A stretch of DNA of 64,000 nt, taken from assembly GCF_011386835.1 (NCBI RefSeq), contig NC_088792.1:158720001-158784000 (forward strand), read 5' to 3'. The position numbers were made by a program, and so were the translations under genes. The stretch is from Chrysemys picta bellii (Eukaryota). The notes under the pieces were generated by a model that saw only the letters and a program-made list of their open reading frames with translations, was not told the origin of the DNA and searched no databases. This document shows, in pieces, positions 56,762 to 64,000 of this stretch (its first letter is position 1; each line of letters begins with the position of its first letter).

Positions 56762-59106
56762 GCCTAGGCCCTGCTCTCCATCACATCAGAGATGTCACTA
56801 TCTGGTCACGATCCCTATAACCACTAAGCCCTGGATTGGGTGAGCAGAGATCACCGCTCTTCAGCTGCCGAACCGTCCTCCCCCAGTGGCTGCACCGGCT
56901 GCCTCCACAAGGGTCTCCTGTTCCCACAAAGCAAGAGACACGTGGACTGTGATTTGAACCCTGGCCTCACACTAAAGGTCTCAGAGCAGTAAGCCAGAAG
57001 GCCAGGGCTTGGCATAATCCATTATGTCCTTTTGTACCTTTTCCTCAGGGAAAAGTCCTGTAGGATTTAACAGAGATGAAAGCAACAGGGTTCTATTACA
57101 ATGACCTATGGGGCCAGATCTTCAGCTGGTATAAAAAGCGTCGCTGCGGAGGTCAAGGAGACCATGAGCTAAGGATCTGGTCCATGGAATGCAACAAAGG
57201 GACTGGGCGAGGTTGCACTCTATAGCAGGGATACAATTCTCTACTCAGTTCTACAGGATGGTGCAAAGACCCTGCAGAGAGGTTATGAGCCTTTGTGAAA
57301 GGAGCAGAGCTTTTCTGTAAGGGTGGGGATGTGTATTAGCGCTGCTTCCCTCGGGGCTGCCCATCTGCTTAACCAGCTGGGCTAGTCCGCACAGAGCTTA
57401 GAAAAATCCCTTGCTTAAGTTTCCGACTGATTTTTGTTACTGTAAATTTCAGCGCTGCAAAGGGGAGAGACGCCGGGGAAGGGGAGGAGTGGGAGGGTTA
57501 CTGGGGCAGAGGGACAGACAGCTCAGCCTCGCTGCCCAGGGTTTCGCTGTGCAGTGGCCTGTCTACACTTGGGGAAGCAGGGATTGCAGGTTGGGTGTCA
57601 CTGGGCATCAGAAAACTGCTGAGCAAGCAGCCTTAGGGGTCTGCGTGCTGAACTGAGCAGAGAGCAGGGGCTGGCTTGCTGCGGAAAGCTCAAACACAGA
57701 GGCCTCAGGCAAGGCCAGGGAGGGGTACGGACACCAAAGCACTTAGCAATAGTCACAAGGGTGCCAGGAAAGCTAGGAGCTGTAGGGCAGTCAACTCTGT
57801 CCCAGTTACATGTCTGGAGCATCCCAGACAGTCACAGCCATTACTAATGTGCTCCTACTCTCCACCCCAGGATGCAATCTGCATTGGGAGTACCAGGGGT
57901 CTTTTCCTTTGGCTATCACAGATCCCAAATTGCTTCACACAAGCTCTATATATGCAGCCCCATGGCAATGCAGCCACCTCTGGGGAGGAGAGCAGCAGAC
58001 AGATACACAGCACTATGCAAATCAGTGTGAAGGGGGAAATTTTGGTCAAGGGCCTCAGGACAAAGCCCTGCTCTCATGTCAGTGGTGTTGGATCTGTAAC
58101 ATTCACACAGGGCAGACTGGAAGCAAATTTACCAAGGTCTTGGCTCCGACAGTGGGGCACTCTGGGGAGGCCTTTGCCTTGGAGGGAGAGAGCGAGCGCT
58201 GGGTTCCCTCAGCAGCACGGAGAACAGCTGACTGTGTCAATGCCATCAGCCTTTCCAGTGAGCTGACGCAAAATACAGATGGGCCCCAAGTGTCCCGGAA
58301 TCCTGCCAGCCATCACCAGAAACTGCCCATTTTCCTCGCTGGAAAAAGGTAAGTCCCTCGGGGTTTCAGAGGGATCTTTGCCCTTTAATCCCACTCCCCT
58401 CCTGACACTCCATTTCATTCACAAGGGAGCTGGGTGCCTCAGTCCAGGTTTATCTCCGCTTGGCTCTGTTTTGTCTTTTTCAGAAATGGGGCCTTATCTG
58501 GGTGAGACCGGGTTTGACCCAAGCGAGTGCGTGGAGGGCAGAACACACATAGGTAGACAAAATAACAGCTCAGCAGATCAGGCCTGGGCTGCAGCCAGAG
58601 GAGGGAAAGAACACAGCAATCTTGAGCAGGTGCAAGTTCAAGGGCAGCTGCTCAGTGCTGATGTGTTTTCCCCTTCGACCTAGTTCCCATCTCCAGTAGC
58701 TGAGCGGGGCAGGGAGGCGGAAAAGGAAAGAAATTGTGAAAAAGATGGGGGATGTGAGGCGGAAAGGAGCCTTTTCTAACAGCACAGCAATGAGCTCTCT
58801 AGCTGCTTTGCAAGCACTCCCTGCTTCCAGTGTAGTGATCGGCACAAGGTGCTTTCATCTTGATTAACTGAGAGCCCCTCTCTCCCCATGCTGTACCATG
58901 GCAGCTGAGCTCCTCCCTCAGCAGTACTGGAGTTAATGCTCTGATCACCTGGGGGACAGGATGCAGGGCATCCCTAGTGAAGGGACTATGCAATTTGATT
59001 CCTCTACTGGCTCGTCAAAGCCAAAATGGCGCATCGACTTCTGTGCCAGCTTGCCCTCCCGGGATATTGCTAGGGTGGGAGGGGACGCGGGAGTGGGAAT
59101 CCAGGG

Positions 59107-59417
59107 CAGGAGTAGGCAACCTATGGCATGCTTGCCGAAGGCGGCATGCGAGCTGATTTTCAGTAGCACTCAGACTGCCCGGGTCCTGGCCACCGGTCCG
59201 GGGGGCTCTGCATTTTAATTTAATTTTAAATGAAGCTTCTTAAACATTTTAAAAACCTTCTTTACTTTACATACAACAATCGTTTACTTATATATTATAG
59301 ACTTATAGAAAGAGACCTTCTAAAAACATTAAAATGTATGACTGGCACGCGAAATCTTAAATTAGAGTGAATAAATGAAGACTCGGCACACCACTTCTGA
59401 AAGGTTGCTGACCCCTG
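59107..59417. mobile_element. hAT MITE, same family as 56499
   Basis: TIR caggagtaggcaacc / ggttgctgacccctg; TSD atccaggg / atctaggg (one mismatch). Confidence 0.88.
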
Positions 59418-59751
59418 ATCTAGGGGTTCAGGATGGCTCTTACATTGGACCTAATCATTGCTGACAGTAATACAATAACCTAGAGATGACAGACTGATAC
59501 TCTAGGCCTGACATCCAGAGCTCCCATTGACTTCAATTGGAATGGTGAGGGCTCAGTACCTCTGACAATCAGGCCTTCTATCTGGGGGTAGACAGATAAT
59601 GGGGATGGGTCGTATAGAAACCCAACTGAGAGATAACTCTGAGTGGGAGCTATTTGGGGCAGGATCTTTTTATTGTTCATCTGTACAGTACCAAGCACAA
59701 TGAAGCCCTAGTCCCTGACTAGGGCCTGTAGGTGCTACCCTGATACAACTA

Positions 59752-60094
59752 CAGTAGAACCTCAGAGTTACAAACACCAGTTATAAACTGACCAGTGAAC
59801 CACACATCTCGCTTGGAACCAGAAGTACGCAATTAGGTAGCAGCAGAGACAAAAAACAAAACAACAAAAGCAAACACAGTAGAGTACTGTGCTAAACGTA
59901 AACTATTAAAAAAACAAAAACAAAGGGAAAGCAGCGTTTTTCTTCAGCATAGCAAAGTTTCAAAGCTGTATGAAGTCTATGTTCAGTTATAATTTTTGAA
60001 AGAACAACCATAACATTTCGTTCAGAGTTATGAACATTCCAGAGTTACTAACAACCTCCATTCCCCGGGTGTTTGTAACTCTGCAGTTCTACTG
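59752..60094. mobile_element. Tc1/mariner (Tigger-like) MITE
   Basis: TIR cagtagaacctcagagttac / gtaactctgcagttctactg; TA TSD. Confidence 0.85.
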
Positions 60095-61548
60095 TAAATG
60101 ATCGACAGATAGGGATTTTTTTTAGAATAGTTGTAGATGGACTCAGAGCATTGGATGGGCTCATTTTTACAAACTGAAAACAAAACAAAAACAAACAAAC
60201 AATTGGGAGTGGCCACGAAGAATCCAATGAGTTGCACATTCTTCCTTAATTCATAACGAAATCACACACACAAAAAGAGTCTGTTATCTTGTTCACTGTC
60301 GCATATTCTCAGTCTCTGAAAATCAGACCCACGTCTCAGGTCAGGCATCTAACATACACCCAAAGTAGTGGCTACTTTTGAATATTTTGTCTTTAAACCC
60401 TCTGTGCCTCAGTTTCCCCATCAGTAATTCTGGGATAATACTGACCTACAACCCCCCCCCCCCCCCCGCCCCCGAATGAATTAAATCAGTTCCTATTTCT
60501 GAAAGGCTTAGGGTACAATTCTCCTCTGGGCAGAGGGCCAGCTCAAAGTCTATGCCCGCATTAAGCCCTACTCAGACTGAAGGACAAGGTCTTTGTGCTT
60601 AAACTCAGGTGAGATTTGAGTGGTGCATGGGCCATGTGCATGAGCTCCTCGTGGGGAAGGTACTAGAGAGCTGCTAAGTATCAGCATTATTGTGAATGGG
60701 TCACACTGAAGTGCTGCTGTGTCAGAAGTGCTGGAAATTCTCACTGGAGCAAAAGAACTTAGCTGACCGGATTTTTCCAATGGCTGGAAGATAACTTAAT
60801 ACTCAGCTGTTTGACGTTGTCTCGCTCTCTCTTTTGCTTCTTGGAACGCTGATGTAATCCCAGGGCTGAGCTTTGTACAAACAAGGTTCTTATTATGACA
60901 CAAGCCAGTCCCTGGAGTATCCAGTCCCTGAACTGCAAGAGGCACGCTCCTTTAATCAACAGAAAGCTCATTCCCTCTCTCTGTCACCCTTTCTAATCCC
61001 CCACTCCCTACCTCAGCACCCCACCATGTTAAAAGATCTCCAGCAGCCCCAGACGGCTTGTTTTGGCAAACCAAAGAGTCTGGTAGCTCGGTAGCCTTCC
61101 AGTAGCTCCTCAAAGCTGGAAATATCCTGCAGGGCATGATAAAACTGCACTGTTCTGTCAAAAGAATATTCTTTCCCAAATCATTTGCAGCAGTCACTTC
61201 AGGATGAGTTAGACCCCCACATCCACACTGGCTGGGCTGGCAGAACAGCAGGAGAACGGGGAGGAACAATGGGGCTGCGAGCACAGTCATGCACACAAAA
61301 AGTGAACAGTGTTCTTGTGAGCAAGCAAGAGCAAACATGGACTAGGGGGAATGATAGTGGCAAAGGAGGGTCATGCAGATAAACAGAAGCAGATCACATC
61401 TCAACTCAACCTGGGTGAATTGAACCTCTGTGCAAAACCGGATCAAGTCCTTTGAACCACTTCAGTCCCACTTAAGCTCTCAAAATAGTATCCATTTGCA
61501 ACACACTCTGGGTAGACGCCCCAAGAGAATACGGCCCCTATTCCAAAT

Positions 61549-62376
61549 TAGGGTGTCAAACGATTTTAAAAAATTAATCATGATTAATCACAATCACAGT
61601 AAATTTAATACCAATTTAAATTTATTATAAATATTTTGGATGTTTTTCTACATTTGCAAATATATTGATTTCAATTACAACGCAGAATACAAAATGTCAA
61701 GTGCTCACTTTATATTATTTTTTAATTACAAATATTTGCACTGTAAAAAAGATAAAAGAGTGCAATCTACAAGTCAAAGCATGAAGGGGCATACAAATAT
61801 TTAGCATATCTGGCACGTAAATATCTTGCAACGCTCACTACAACAGTGCCACGTGAACGCCTGTTCTCACTTTCAGGTGACATTGCAAACAAGTAGCGGG
61901 CAGCATTATCTCCTGTAAATGTAAACAAACTTCTTTGTCTTACCCATTGGCTGAACAAGAAGTAGGACTGAGTGGACTTGTAGGCTTGAAAGTTTTACAT
62001 TGTTTTGTTTTTGAGGGCAGTTATGTAAAAAAAAAATTCTCCATTTGTAAGTTGCACTTCCATGATAAAGAGATTGCACTACACTACTTGCGTGAAGTGA
62101 ATTGAAAAATACTATTACTTTTATCTTTTCTACAGTGCAAATATTTGTAATTAAAAAATAATTATATAAAGTGAGCACATGACACTTTGTATTCTGCATT
62201 GTAATTGAAATCAATATATTTGAAAATGTAGAAAAACATCCAAAAATATTTATCATAAATTTAAATTGGTATTCTATTATTGTTTAACAGTGTGATTAAA
62301 ACTGCGATTAGTCATGATTAATTTTTTTAATTGAGTTCATTTGTTTTGAGTTAACTATGATTAATTGACAGCCCCA
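61549..62376. mobile_element. AT-rich hAT-type element with ~200-bp subterminal inverted arms
   Basis: Ends tagggtgtcaa / ttgacagcccca; perfect TSD ttccaaat; ~61590-61760 is the reverse complement of ~62115-62290. Confidence 0.9.
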
Positions 62377-62511
62377 TTCCAAATTTATTTTCAATACCAG
62401 TGAATTGCAGTTTAAGAATTAAAAGGGGGTGACAGAATCAAAACATGGTCACATGCAAGAACGACTCGGGGGCATTCTCTTGCCCATGCTATACACAAGG
62501 TCAGACTAGAT

Positions 62512-63136
62512 CGGGGTGAGCAAACTACGGCCCGGCGGCCACATCCGGCCCTCCAGATGTTTTAATCTGGCCCCTGAGCTCCCGCCAGGGAACAGGGTCC
62601 GGGTCTTGCCCCGCTCTGGTGCTCCAGCTGGGGAGCGGGGTCAGGGGCTTGCCCCACTCTGCATGGCTCCCGGAAGCAGCATCATGTCCCGCCTCTAGCT
62701 CCTACACGTAGGGGCAGCCAGGGGGCTCCACACCCAGGAACCGCACCCAATGGGAGCTGCAGGGCAGCGCCTGCAGACAGGGCAGTGCACAGAGCCGCCT
62801 GGCCGCGCTTCCGCATAGAAGCCGCAGCGGGGACATACTGCTGCTTCTGGGAGCTGCTCGAGGTAATCACCGCCCAAAGCCTGTACCCCTGACCCCCTCC
62901 CATGCCCCTGCCCCAGCCCTGATCCCTCTCCCGCTCTCTGAACATCTCAGTCCCAGCCTGGAGCACCCTCCTGCACCCCCACCCCTCATCCCCAGCCCCA
63001 CCCCAGAGCCTGCACCCGCAGCTGGAGCCCTCACCCCCTCCCGCACCTCAACCCCCAATTTCGTGAACATTCATGGCCCACCATACAATTTCCATACCCA
63101 GATGTAGCCCTTGGCCAAAAAGTTTGCCCACCCCTG
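62512..63136. mobile_element. hAT MITE with C-rich interior, inserted in a CR1 3' end remnant
   Basis: TIR cggggtgagcaaact / agtttgcccacccctg; TSD gactagat / gactaggt. The flanks rejoin as aggtcagactagatgatcacaatggtcc..ttctggccttaaa (CR1 tail). Confidence 0.88.
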
Positions 63137-63492
63137 GACTAGGTGATCACAATGGTCCTTTCTGGCCTTAAACTCTCCAGACAAGGACAAAAGGAAAGAA
63201 AAACAAAGAAGAAACCACAATGGGCATTTTCTCCAGAGGACCAAACGTGGGGGAGAGAGAGAGAGAGCAAACAGAACCCCCAGGCCAACTCTCCAGATAC
63301 TTAAAACTGCAGGACGCCACACAGGAGAGACTTTTACTATCCAGACGCCTGTGGGATAATAAACACAGCTGGGCACATACCACCAAAGAGATTCCCAGGG
63401 AATGGAGAGGAGACAGTTTTATGCTCTAGAAAGTCTTAGCCAGAGGAAAAGCTATCTCTGATCGACTGCCAATGTAACACCATGACGCTGGG

Positions 63493-63575
63493 TGAGTTGT
63501 TGGTATCAGGGATTGAACCTGGGCTCTCTGGCTTTATGTGCACGAACCTCTACTGCCTGAGCTAAAAGACGCAGC
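63493..63575 (-). mobile_element. tRNA-derived SINE head
   Basis: Minus strand shows A box tagctcaggcagtagag and B box ggttcaatccc; no intact cloverleaf. Confidence 0.55.
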
Positions 63576-63824
63576 CCTGCAGCATCAATTGACAGAGGGC
63601 TGGCTTATGTTACCACGTAAGTTAATGTAACTTACGTCGATTAGGGATGTGAAAAAACACCCTCCCGAGCAACTTAAGTTACATCGACTTAAAGTGCTGT
63701 CCAGACGCTCTCCTGCCAATATAGCTTCTAGCCAGACGTGGTACATGGGGAGGTTTCAAACAAGTCCTGAAAAAATTCTAGAAAACAAAGAGTAAGGAAA
63801 ACTGCAAGAAAGCTTCGGCTGACA

Positions 63825-63965
63825 TGGGATGGGGCAGATTGTGTCACCACTGACAATTGTGTGGCTTCTTGCACCTTCCTCTGAAGCATCTGGAGTTGGT
63901 CACTATTGGAGACAGGACTAGTTGGACTATGGGTCTGATCCAGTGTGGGAAGTCTCATATTCCAA
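63825..63965 (+). mobile_element. CR1 3' UTR remnant
   Basis: ttcctctgaagcatctgg...ggagacagg...ggtctgatccagtgtggg. Confidence 0.65.
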
Positions 63966-64000
63966 AATCTCTGAGGGTGGACTGGATGGGAGTTAAAAGA

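Noticed and set aside
57676-58352. Overlapping 196-aa and 180-aa plus-strand ORFs
   Set aside because: No homology signal; both frames look random.
61906-62256. 116-aa minus-strand ORF as a transposase remnant
   Set aside because: AT-rich inverted arm of a non-autonomous element; no DDE or BED motifs.
63493-63575. Possible tRNA gene
   Set aside because: A and B boxes only, without acceptor or anticodon stems; a SINE head.
43492-64000. Search for BMP1 exon 1 (signal peptide ... YKDPCKA)
   Set aside because: No matching peptide with a donor was found by eye, and there is no CpG-island promoter. Exon 1 is probably beyond the window.

Overview
Vertebrate genomic DNA, most likely from a turtle (inferred from the CR1 LINE, MIR-like SINE, hAT, PIF-like and Penelope repeat complement). 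Most of the window is the BMP1 / mammalian-tolloid (procollagen C-proteinase) gene on the minus strand. I mapped 17 coding exons by hand from GT-AG boundaries and reading phase: exon 2 (prodomain) through CUB3, the alternative terminal exon of the short BMP1 isoform, the EGF2 exon and the first CUB4 exon. I did not find exon 1, so it probably lies beyond 64,000 (intron 1 >20 kb), and the gene continues below position 1. The rest is intronic and transposon-rich, with nested insertions, clear target-site duplications, a solo LTR and one 131-N gap. Almost all ORFs in the supplied track are spurious. I found no convincing new multi-gene system. The best leads are: (i) a decayed minimal hammerhead ribozyme in a Penelope-like fragment; (ii) an apparently unusually divergent BMP1 protein with several His substitutions; (iii) a C-terminally extended short-isoform exon with a non-canonical poly(A) signal; (iv) two independent hAT insertions at the same CR1 3' motif; (v) a multi-level transposon nest; and (vi) inverted MITEs flanking the in-frame exons 2 and 3. 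Comparisons to human or chicken BMP1 and to repeat families are from memory and need alignment to confirm.
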